64,000 nt of DNA from Syntrophales bacterium. Its GTDB lineage: Bacteria > Desulfobacterota > Syntrophia > Syntrophales > UBA2210. Positions within the stretch are counted from its first letter, which is position 1, and each line of letters starts with the position of its first letter. The notes under the pieces are model-generated. The model did no database searches and was not told the origin of the DNA. It saw nothing but the letters and a program-made list of their open reading frames with translations. Location of the stretch: assembly GCA_963666365.2 (NCBI GenBank), contig CAXXNF010000002.1, positions 384,001 through 448,000 of the forward strand, given 5' to 3'. The translations under genes were made by a program, and so were the position numbers. Positions 51,428 to 59,063 of this stretch are shown one piece after another.

Positions 51428-51756
51428 CAGCATCGGCACGCATCTATCTTTATCGCAGCCCCTGCGACATGCGCAAGTCCTTCGACGGCCTGTGCGGCAT
51501 TGTCCGCGCCGAACTTAGCGCCGATCCCCTTTCGGGATCACTCTTCGTCTTCGTCAACCGGCGGCGGAACATGGTGAAGCTCCTGTACTGGGACAGCGAC
51601 GGCATGGCCATCTGGCTGAAACGTCTGGAGCAGGGGTCCTTCGTGCTGCCTTCCCGGCAGTCCCGCGACGGTCATATCGAGCGCCGGGATCTGGCCATGC
51701 TCCTTGAGGGAATCGTGCCGAAAAAAGTGGGAAAACGGTACAAAATATGTGCATAA
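51415..51756 (+). CDS. tnpB: IS66 accessory protein TnpB
   Basis: DMRKSFDGL, FVFVNRRR, LYWDSDG, KRLEQG. Confidence 0.93.
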   Translation: MFGLTASARIYLYRSPCDMRKSFDGLCGIVRAELSADPLSGSLFVFVNRRRNMVKLLYWDSDGMAIWLKRLEQGSFVLPSRQSRDGHIERRDLAMLLEGIVPKKVGKRYKICA

Positions 51757-51808
51757 AAAATAATATAAACACTTGACATTATTATAGTTATGTGCTATAC
51801 GCCCGCTC

Positions 51809-53419
51809 ATGATATTGACGGAAGCACAAGAGATTATCGACCGAAAAGATGCTGCCTGGATTCTGGAATTTGCCGCCCAAAAGGATGCCCAGATCGAAGC
51901 GCTTACCCAGAAGCTCGAATCCGCCCAGCGCCAGTTGACCACCCTGCAGCATCAGATGGAACAGCTGCTGAAACGGCTCTACGGCCGCAAGTCCGAAAAG
52001 ATCAACCCCGGTCAGCTGATGTTCGACGACATGGTGCTTCAATCATTAGAGCAGAATGCGGCGGTGAAAGCACAGTTCGAAGACGCTTCTGCCACAGAGA
52101 CTGTCAAGAAGCCCCGCAAGGCCTCCCGGCATCACGGCCGGGTTCCCATTCCGGAGCATCTCGAACGGGTGGAGATTCTGCTGGACGTGCCCGAGGATGA
52201 AAAGATCGATGCGGACACGGGCGCACCCCTGAAGGTCATTTCCGTGGAAGTCTCGGAGAAGCTGGAATACCGGCCGGGGAGACTGATCGTCAACGTCTAC
52301 AAGCGGCCCCAGTATGCGCTGCCGGAGGCATCGGAATCTACCGCCGGCGTCATCGCCGCCTCGCTGCCCGATCACCCCATCGCCAAGTGCAAAGCCGACG
52401 TGGGGCTGCTTTCTCATCTGATCGTCAGCAAGTACGCCGATCATCTGCCTCTCTACCGACAGAACAGCATTCTGGAGCGGGAAGGAGTGGACATTCCCCG
52501 GGCCACCCAAACCAGCTGGCTCATGCAGGTCTATGAGAGCATTCGTCCCTTGGAAACAGTGCTTCAAAAGGCCGTCCTTGAGAGGGACGTGCTCTTTACC
52601 GACGATACGCCCGTTCCTCTGCAGGTCAAGGGAAACGGCAAGGTAAAGAAGGCCCGTCTCTGGGTCTATCTGCGGGGCGGTCCGGGACCGCCGCTGACGG
52701 CCTATGACTTCTCCATTGATCGGAGCAAGACGCGCCCACTGGAGTATCTCAATGATTACCAGGGGTACGTCCATGCCGACGCCTACGGCGGCTACGACGA
52801 ACTTTTCAAAAAAGAAGAGATTATCGAAGTGGGTTGCTGGGCCCATACCAGACGGAAGTTCGACGAGGCGGTTTCATCGCGTCCTCAAGAGGCCACGGAC
52901 ATCCTTGCCCGCATCGCCCGGCTCTATCACGAGGTGGAGACCCCCTGTGCCGAGATGACGCCCGAGGAGCGGCGCCGTTTCCGGCAGGCGCATGCAACGC
53001 CGCTGCTTGAGGGAATCTTTGCAAAGATTGAGGAACTGAGGCCCCGGACGACGCCCTCGGAGCCGTTGCGGACGGCCATCAACTACGCCCTGAATCAGCG
53101 GGAGGCGCTCTGCCGCTATCTGAAAGACGGACGGTTAAGACCCGACAACAACCTGGCGGAAAACGCCATTCGGCCCATAGCGGTAGGTCGAAAAAACTGG
53201 CTCTTCGTGGGCAGCGAACGGGGCGGCCGGGCGGCGGCCCTTTATATGGGTCTCGTTCAATCTTGCAAAAACTGCGACGTCAACCCCTGGGAGTACTTTG
53301 ACGACATGCTTCGGCGGATCATGAGCCATCCCGTAAACCGCCTGCGGGAACTGCTTCCCGATCAGTGGAAGCCTGTGCCCAGGGATGAACGGGGCCTGAT
53401 CATCCAGGGAAAACAATAA
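51809..53419 (+). CDS. tnpC: IS66 DDE transposase TnpC
   Basis: KYADHLPLYRQ, DDTPV, CWAHTRRKF, DNNLAENAIR, GRKNWLF. Confidence 0.96.
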   Translation: MILTEAQEIIDRKDAAWILEFAAQKDAQIEALTQKLESAQRQLTTLQHQMEQLLKRLYGRKSEKINPGQLMFDDMVLQSLEQNAAVKAQFEDASATETVKKPRKASRHHGRVPIPEHLERVEILLDVPEDEKIDADTGAPLKVISVEVSEKLEYRPGRLIVNVYKRPQYALPEASESTAGVIAASLPDHPIAKCKADVGLLSHLIVSKYADHLPLYRQNSILEREGVDIPRATQTSWLMQVYESIRPLETVLQKAVLERDVLFTDDTPVPLQVKGNGKVKKARLWVYLRGGPGPPLTAYDFSIDRSKTRPLEYLNDYQGYVHADAYGGYDELFKKEEIIEVGCWAHTRRKFDEAVSSRPQEATDILARIARLYHEVETPCAEMTPEERRRFRQAHATPLLEGIFAKIEELRPRTTPSEPLRTAINYALNQREALCRYLKDGRLRPDNNLAENAIRPIAVGRKNWLFVGSERGGRAAALYMGLVQSCKNCDVNPWEYFDDMLRRIMSHPVNRLRELLPDQWKPVPRDERGLIIQGKQ

Positions 53420-53726
53420 TCAGTGCACCGTATTCCGGCGGTTGAATCCCGTAATCATATTATCAAAGAGCACCGGCTGTACCGGTTTTAGGTACAGCGT
53501 ACTTCATGTAAAATTCTTTTGCTATATGAGTTGGTCGTACGCTTACGCTACAGCAAGTTTTGAATCTTTCCGCTTCGTTCGATTGTCGTTTCTTAGCTCT
53601 TTCCATTGTGATAACAGAAATCCAACTGCCACGCCTGCTAGAGGTGCAAATACCTTGGAATTCACAATGTCCAGTGACCACTGGAGGATGATCTTCAACA
53701 ATTCCATTTTCTCCCGGTCCTTATGT

Positions 53727-53801
53727 CGCTAACGACGCGGTTAAGTGGGCGGCAAAGGAGCGAAGCGGATTTGCTGATCCATCTTCAACCGCTTGTTCGG
53801 A
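53727..53801 (-). other. attC site (75 bp)
   Basis: CGCTAAC-GACGCGGTTAAG..GGCAAA.GGAGCGAAGCGGA.TTTGCT...CTTCAACCGC-TT-GTTCGGA; abuts the stop at 53803. Confidence 0.88.
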
Positions 53802-53802
53802 A

Positions 53803-54243
53803 TTACTTAGCTTCCATTTCAGCAATTGCCTTCTTGTAAGCTTCCACCATTAATGTTTGAAGATGTGGCATGGCATCTGCCATGTATTGTCCGAATTTGG
53901 TCATGGCTGATTTACCTATGGAGGAACCATAGAAATTAGCCAGCGCATTCAGCTCGGCAGCGGTAAAATGCCTGACCAAAACATCCTTAATTATATCGGT
54001 GAGTTTCTCCAAATCGAGGTGTTTCGTCATCAAGCGTATGAATGGTCTTCGTTGTTCTTCGGGAAGCCGCACAGACATTCTTGTTACCATATCAGTGATC
54101 ATGTCCTTTGGCGGCATTACGGTTAGATAACGGTCGGCCTCCGATAGTCTGTTCTGTAAAGTGTCTTCGATTGCCTTGGTTTGAGCAAAGGCAATAGAGG
54201 ACAGGACTATCACGGCTATAATAGAAAAAACGAGTTTTCTCAT
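53803..54243 (-). CDS. DUF2059-like exported protein (first cassette after YR-IS91)
   Basis: Signal peptide; HFTAAELNALANFYGSSIGKS motif; start moved to the ATG at 54243 with a GGGAAG RBS. Confidence 0.85.
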   Translation of the reverse strand: MRKLVFSIIAVIVLSSIAFAQTKAIEDTLQNRLSEADRYLTVMPPKDMITDMVTRMSVRLPEEQRRPFIRLMTKHLDLEKLTDIIKDVLVRHFTAAELNALANFYGSSIGKSAMTKFGQYMADAMPHLQTLMVEAYKKAIAEMEAK

Positions 54244-54261
54244 GACTTCCCTTTCCATTTT

Positions 54262-54321
54262 TCCGAACATTTAAGGTTGTATGCGGAGTTAGCCATAATT
54301 CCGCATACAATCCTGTTGGAC
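54262..54321 (-). other. Atypical attC-like site at the downstream end of the YR-IS91 module
   Basis: Minus strand GTCCAAC-AGGAT-TGTATGCG-N16-CGCATACA-ACCTTAAAT-GTTCGGA. Confidence 0.65.
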
Positions 54322-54585
54322 TAAGCCGCAACTCGGTGTTTCCCTATGGGGATTCAATAACGCGGCTTCGTCCTATTTTTCCATTAAAATATCGATATGG
54401 TCATTGATTGAATAGCGTTTTTACGAAAAAGCCCGGCAAAAAATGCTCCTTTGTTGCTGTGAGCGCTGTTGATGCTGCCTTCGGTGGCGTGGATGTTGAG
54501 ACATATCTCCGAAAAGGGCGCACAGATCCGACGCAATCTTTTGGTGTTCCGATATTCGACTGCAATCATTGATCAACATCCCTTT

Positions 54586-55770
54586 CTATGGAGGCCACCT
54601 ACCGGTTTGTGACAGAAGAACCTCCTTCCGCACCATGATTCCCTTGCCGCAATGGGGGCATATCCGAAGATCAACGCCGGTCACCCGGAGGAATGTCTCT
54701 TCCCAGGGTTCTTTGGGGGAATCATTTTTCTCTGCCTGTTCCGGTATGCCGAGGAGCTTTTTGCACTGAGCAAGCTTTCTCTTTCGGTTCCGGTTGCTCA
54801 GCAGTCCGTAATAGCGGATCTTCATGAACTGATCGGGGAGAATGTGCAGGAGAAAGCGGCGGATGAACTCGAAGGCGTCGAGGGTCATGAGCTTGGTCTT
54901 GCCTTCCTTTGACGGATCGCGCACTCGGAAGGTAACATCGCGGGGGCCTATCCTAACAATTCTGTCGTTCGAGATGGCCACACGGTGGGTGTAGCGACCG
55001 AGATACTCGATGACATGTTTTGCGCTTCTGAAGGGTTCCTTGCAGTAGACAACCCACTCTTTGCGATAAAGATCGGCAACGAACTGTCGAAAGGTCGCCC
55101 GTTCCTTTAGGGCCTCGATCTTGCCGGGGAATCTCAGATCGGCTGCTTCGTAGGCTTTTTTGAGATAGTGAAGAAACTTACCCCGAAAGAGCCGGGAAAG
55201 AACCTTGACCGGCAGGAAGTAGTCCTCCTTCGCCGGAATCCATCGCTCCCCGTCAAGGGAAAGTCCGCCGCCTGTCACGATGCAGTGAACATGGGGATGA
55301 TCGATCAGGCTCTGCGACCAGGTGTGCAGGATGGCAATGCAGCCGATCTCAGCACCCAGATGACGATGATCGCGGGAAAGATCCATGATGGTCTCGGAGG
55401 CGGCCTTGAAAAGTATGTGGTAGAGGGTCTTCTGGTTCCGCAGGGCCAGCGGTCGAAGTTCCTGGGGAATCGTGAAAACGATATGCACGTAGGAAATGGG
55501 CAGCAAGTCCTTTTTTCTTGCCTCCAGCCACAGCTCTCGCTTCAGTCCCTGGCATTTGGGGCAGTGGCGATTCCGGCAGGAGTTGTAGGAGATCCGAACG
55601 GCACCGCAATGGTCGCATTCATCCACATGTCCGCCAAGCGCGGCGGTCCGGCATAGTTCAATGGCTCGCATCGCCCGGTGGTGTCGTCCGGCCATTCTGC
55701 CGCCATGGATATCTCGATAGGCCTCCCCAAATTCACGGAAGACCTGGGCCACTTCCGTGGTTCCACGCAT
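54586..55770 (-). CDS. IS91-family (HUH, Y2) rolling-circle transposase
   Basis: Zn-binding CRT..LGG...CDHC...NSCRNRHCPKC, HPHVH HUH motif, YLGRY Y2 motif, IRYYGLL. Confidence 0.95.
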   Translation of the reverse strand: MRGTTEVAQVFREFGEAYRDIHGGRMAGRHHRAMRAIELCRTAALGGHVDECDHCGAVRISYNSCRNRHCPKCQGLKRELWLEARKKDLLPISYVHIVFTIPQELRPLALRNQKTLYHILFKAASETIMDLSRDHRHLGAEIGCIAILHTWSQSLIDHPHVHCIVTGGGLSLDGERWIPAKEDYFLPVKVLSRLFRGKFLHYLKKAYEAADLRFPGKIEALKERATFRQFVADLYRKEWVVYCKEPFRSAKHVIEYLGRYTHRVAISNDRIVRIGPRDVTFRVRDPSKEGKTKLMTLDAFEFIRRFLLHILPDQFMKIRYYGLLSNRNRKRKLAQCKKLLGIPEQAEKNDSPKEPWEETFLRVTGVDLRICPHCGKGIMVRKEVLLSQTGRWPP

Positions 55771-55784
55771 GAAACGGCGACCCG

Positions 55785-56639
55785 CTAAAGAACGCTGTCC
55801 CGCGAGGCGGCGATCACGTCGAGGGGATTGGCGATCCGTTCAAAGTCCTTTCGAGAGAGGTGGAGGTAAACGGCCGTAGTCTTGGGGCTGGCGTGCCCCA
55901 GAAGCCGCTGTATGTGGTACAGGTCCGCCCCGTTCTCCAAGAGATGGGTGGCAAAGCTGTGGCGCAGGGTATGGACGCTCCCCGCTTTCCTAACGCCCGC
56001 TCTGAGCAGCGCATCTTTAAAGGCTTTCTGGACGCTTGACACTGAAAGAGGCGACCACTTGTCTTTGCCGAAGAAGAGCCAGTTCACGGGATGGCACTGC
56101 GACCAGTAAAACCGCAGTTCTTCCAGGGTCCGTTTGGCCAGCAGGGTGTAGCGGTCTTTGTTTCCCTTCCCCTGGCGTATGCGAATCACCATGCGTTCGC
56201 TGTCGATGTCGGACACTCTCAGATGCACGGCTTCATTGAGCCGCAATCCTCCCGAGTAGATCGTCATGAGAATGGCCCGATGCTTCAGATTGCCGACGAC
56301 CGAAAGAACGGCCCGCACCTCCTCCGGCGAAAAAACCGCAGGTAGGCTCTTTTGTTTCTTCGCACGAGGTATCCGGTAGGAGATCCAGTCGCGCTTCAAT
56401 GTCGTCTCATAGAAAAACTTCAGGGCGCTGTAAGTCTGACTCACCGTTGACTGAGAAGCCTTCTTCTCTTCGATGAGATAGTGAAGATAGGTCTTGATCT
56501 CTTCTTCTCCCAACGTCTCCGGCGACGCCCCAAAGTGACGCACAAATCTGCGCATGTGCTCCAGATAGCATTCCCGCGTCCTCCGGCTGAGGTGGCGCAG
56601 CTCCATATCGCGTTTCATCTGATCGCGCAGTCTTCCCAT
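55785..56639 (-). CDS. Tyrosine recombinase with N-terminal SAM-like domain (IntI-related, no IntI insertion)
   Basis: YSGGLR, KGNKDR, HTLRHSFATHLLE, LLGH...TTAVY; short segment between WLF and the HxLR box; ATG 56639 with AGGAG RBS. Confidence 0.92.
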   Translation of the reverse strand: MGRLRDQMKRDMELRHLSRRTRECYLEHMRRFVRHFGASPETLGEEEIKTYLHYLIEEKKASQSTVSQTYSALKFFYETTLKRDWISYRIPRAKKQKSLPAVFSPEEVRAVLSVVGNLKHRAILMTIYSGGLRLNEAVHLRVSDIDSERMVIRIRQGKGNKDRYTLLAKRTLEELRFYWSQCHPVNWLFFGKDKWSPLSVSSVQKAFKDALLRAGVRKAGSVHTLRHSFATHLLENGADLYHIQRLLGHASPKTTAVYLHLSRKDFERIANPLDVIAASRDSVL

Positions 56640-56985
56640 ATCTTTTCTCCTTTCTTGCATGAATGATGAATCATCCTTACAAAAAGAAGAACGATCAGGA
56701 CAGCAACAATGTACGCTATTCAATTGTCAAAGAACGACCATTTTTACTTAAAATACCGCCGCGTAGCGGCTTAGTTCAACTATTGTTTATACAGTTTCTG
56801 TGTAAATCCTTTACATAGCTGATTCAGCTATGTAATACATATTTTAATTGCGTTAAAAATCTTTATAAGTTGCTGCAATAAATAGGATATTGTGAAATTC
56901 GTCATTTATTTGAGTGTTTTATACAGAAACTGCGTAATACACCTTTCCGGTATGACTATCGCAATATTGATCTGAGCTGACCACC

Positions 56986-57450
56986 AAAAACAAAAGCCCT
57001 CTCTCATTTTGAGAAACACGGCTTCGATGATCAGACCATAATCCCCCCTTGGGTTATAGCTGTTTCAATTCAAGATCGGCAAGGTATGTTAATCAGTAAC
57101 TCTGTTAATGACGTTTTGTCAAGGGATATTGCCCTTTTAATTCATCCGATACAATCTAACCCACTTCTATCGCGACACAATCCCACAATGTGGGAATTTG
57201 CAATCAGCATGTCAACAGATAGAACCCCTCGAAGCCCAAGATATGAGTCAACCCCTACCTTACCCCTCAGAGTTTGGTTTCTTTCCTGGCACCCCCCTAA
57301 AACACCCACGCCAGAGCAAAGGAAAGGGTATATGAGATATGGCGCTACGGTTTGCGGTAGGGCATGTGAAGATAAAGGGGGCAGTCCGGTATGTCGCAAT
57401 CAACACGCCCGTCGATATAGTAGCCCGAGCACTCGCAGCATTTTGCAAGG
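56986..57450. repeat. Island repeat R1, copy 3 (in its intact context next to the satellite core)
   Basis: Colinear with copies 1 and 2. Confidence 0.9.
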
Positions 57451-57551
57451 ATCGCCTGTTTAAAACTGAGTCGCTGTCCCGCGTGATGCTTCAAAAGCTC
57501 GCGTTTTCCCTTAGCTCTGGGCGCTTTTTCAACGTTTTCGATGTGCTTCAT
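57345..57551 (-). CDS. Small Cys-rich protein (CxxC...CxxxxCPL)
   Basis: 68 aa, overlaps the upstream stop codon; a diverged relic is conserved at 30115-30225. Confidence 0.8.
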   Translation of the reverse strand: MKHIENVEKAPRAKGKRELLKHHAGQRLSFKQAILAKCCECSGYYIDGRVDCDIPDCPLYLHMPYRKP

Positions 57552-57814
57552 TTCGCCCCACCTTCAGCAAGTTTGCGAAGGAGCTCTTTTTGATTTCGAT
57601 AATCGGCCGAGAGAATTTCAAGAGTTATGTCATCGTGCCGCCACTTTCGCCCGTCTTTTCTGGGGAAGCGTTCGTCGAAATCCTCGCACAGGATATCGTA
57701 TAGCTCGGCGTCCGACATCTGTTCCACCGGATTTGCCCCTGGAGGCTTTAGCTTCTCTTCGAGTTTCGCGAGTCTGTTTTTATTGTCTTTCATTCTCCCT
57801 CGCCTCTCTTTCAT
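57548..57814 (-). CDS. Hypothetical protein
   Basis: Part of an overlapping small-gene operon; start probably the internal MKDNK. Confidence 0.65.
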   Translation of the reverse strand: MKERRGRMKDNKNRLAKLEEKLKPPGANPVEQMSDAELYDILCEDFDERFPRKDGRKWRHDDITLEILSADYRNQKELLRKLAEGGAK

Positions 57815-58004
57815 TCAGCCGTTTTTCAAGTGTGGTTATTCTGTCCTCTATTTCCGAATCTGCGAGGATTTTATGAAGTATTGACACGAGATAGCCGAGT
57901 TTACCGGCTGTCGCAGCATCCACTTCGCCACTGTCTAGCCGGTTAACCAGCCCCGAAAGATATCGCCGCACATCGTTCAGATTGTTTAATCGCTTCATTG
58001 TCAC
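57780..58004 (-). CDS. Small helical hypothetical protein
   Basis: EIEDRITTLEKRL coiled tail; AAGGCGG RBS; operon context. Confidence 0.7.
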   Translation of the reverse strand: MTMKRLNNLNDVRRYLSGLVNRLDSGEVDAATAGKLGYLVSILHKILADSEIEDRITTLEKRLNEREARENERQ

Positions 58005-58125
58005 CGCCTTTTTACTCTTTTTTGTATGCTAAAGTGACTCTAAGGCCATGTTTTTGTTGTAAAAGGTGAGCTGTACCCCCTCTCTCTTTTACGCGAATGC
58101 TTCCACAACTTCAGGTCAAGCAAGC

Positions 58126-58917
58126 TCATAACACCGCCCGGATGCTCGAATATCGTTTTGGAAATTCAGTAATCGTTTCGCGCTCCGAAAAAACCCACTC
58201 AATTACTTCCGGATCTACCCCTAACGCTGCAACATCCATTGCAAACTTCATGGGGTTCGCGTCATATATCTTGAATAACTTACCCCAACCCAGGCAAAAG
58301 CGATTGAACTCATCAAATTTAGGAAGATCGGCCTTGATTTCGTTTAGCGCCCGCCCAAGATTGCGTTCCGCACGTATCAATTTTATCGCCGCCTCATTTT
58401 GCAGTTCTTTTAGGCGATCAACGATTTGCTTGACAATTCTGATTTGCTCATCTCTGGGAAGGGTATCATCTAGGTCATCTAGCTCTTTCCTCAGCGCCTC
58501 AATCTCTGACCGCACATCATCATAATGCGCCGATTTTTCACCCTCATCGTGGCTAAGTAGCTTATAGGCGCTTGTCAAATCGGAAACTGTTTCCGTTTTC
58601 AGCCTGTCACGCTCTCGATAAAGCCGCATATAACTACGCGCCGTCCGTGGCGTAAAAGGCAAATTGCCTTCAATCCACTTTTCAAATTCTCCGTGCTGAA
58701 GTTCAGACTTTGCAGACAGAAGCAGCTCTCCGATCCTGATTGCATCGGCAAGGGCATTTTTCATATATCCGCCGACTTGTTCATGAAGATGAATAATGGC
58801 GGCAACTCTTTCTTTCTGGCTCAGCTCACTGTCAAGGTTCGCCGCCTGCATAGCTTCTTTCGTGCCGCCTCTGTCATACACTTCCTGAATCTTGTTTGCT
58901 CTGCTCTGCTCATCCAT
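58126..58917 (-). CDS. DUF3102-like DNA-binding protein
   Basis: AIRIGELLLSAKSELQHGEFEKWIEGNLPFTPRTARSYMRLY is the DUF3102-type signature; GGAG RBS. Confidence 0.8.
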   Translation of the reverse strand: MDEQSRANKIQEVYDRGGTKEAMQAANLDSELSQKERVAAIIHLHEQVGGYMKNALADAIRIGELLLSAKSELQHGEFEKWIEGNLPFTPRTARSYMRLYRERDRLKTETVSDLTSAYKLLSHDEGEKSAHYDDVRSEIEALRKELDDLDDTLPRDEQIRIVKQIVDRLKELQNEAAIKLIRAERNLGRALNEIKADLPKFDEFNRFCLGWGKLFKIYDANPMKFAMDVAALGVDPEVIEWVFSERETITEFPKRYSSIRAVL

Positions 58918-59063
58918 TGTTCTGCTCTCCTTTGGGTCTGCTCTGGTGTCCTAGCTTTAGGGTTTTGGATAGGAAAGAAAGTCTATAATGAGACTTTCTT
59001 CCTATTCCCCAAAAACCCCCTATGCGGTTTAGGACATAGGCCGAATAGGACAGAAATTTCCGT

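Larger units (their letters stand above)
51026..53546 (+). mobile_element. IS66-family insertion sequence
   Basis: Inverted ends GTAACCGTACGACCAACTCAT / ATGAGTTGGTCGTACGCTTAC; 8-bp TSD GCTACAGC at 51018-51025 and 53547-53554. Confidence 0.97.
50627..53707 (-). pseudogene. Cassette gene (183 aa when rejoined) split by IS66
   Basis: MELLKIILQWSLDIVNSKVFAPLAGVAVGFLLSQWKELRNDNRTKRKDSKLAV|AVVEALIEEVSNG... is in frame once the IS and one TSD copy are removed. Confidence 0.9.
54315..56780 (-). mobile_element. Tyrosine recombinase + IS91-family transposase element with 15-bp inverted ends
   Basis: GTTGGACTAAGCCGC (54315-54329) and GCGGCTTAGTTCAAC (56766-56780) enclose the two genes. Confidence 0.85.

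Noticed and set aside
53463..53681. ORF-track 72-aa protein, and the MSWSYGY start of 50627-51046
   Set aside because: Both are artefacts of the IS66 insertion; the real gene uses another frame from ATG 53707.
55785..56639. Canonical integron integrase IntI
   Set aside because: It lacks the IntI-specific insertion before the HxLR box, is co-oriented with the cassettes, and is paired with an IS91 transposase.
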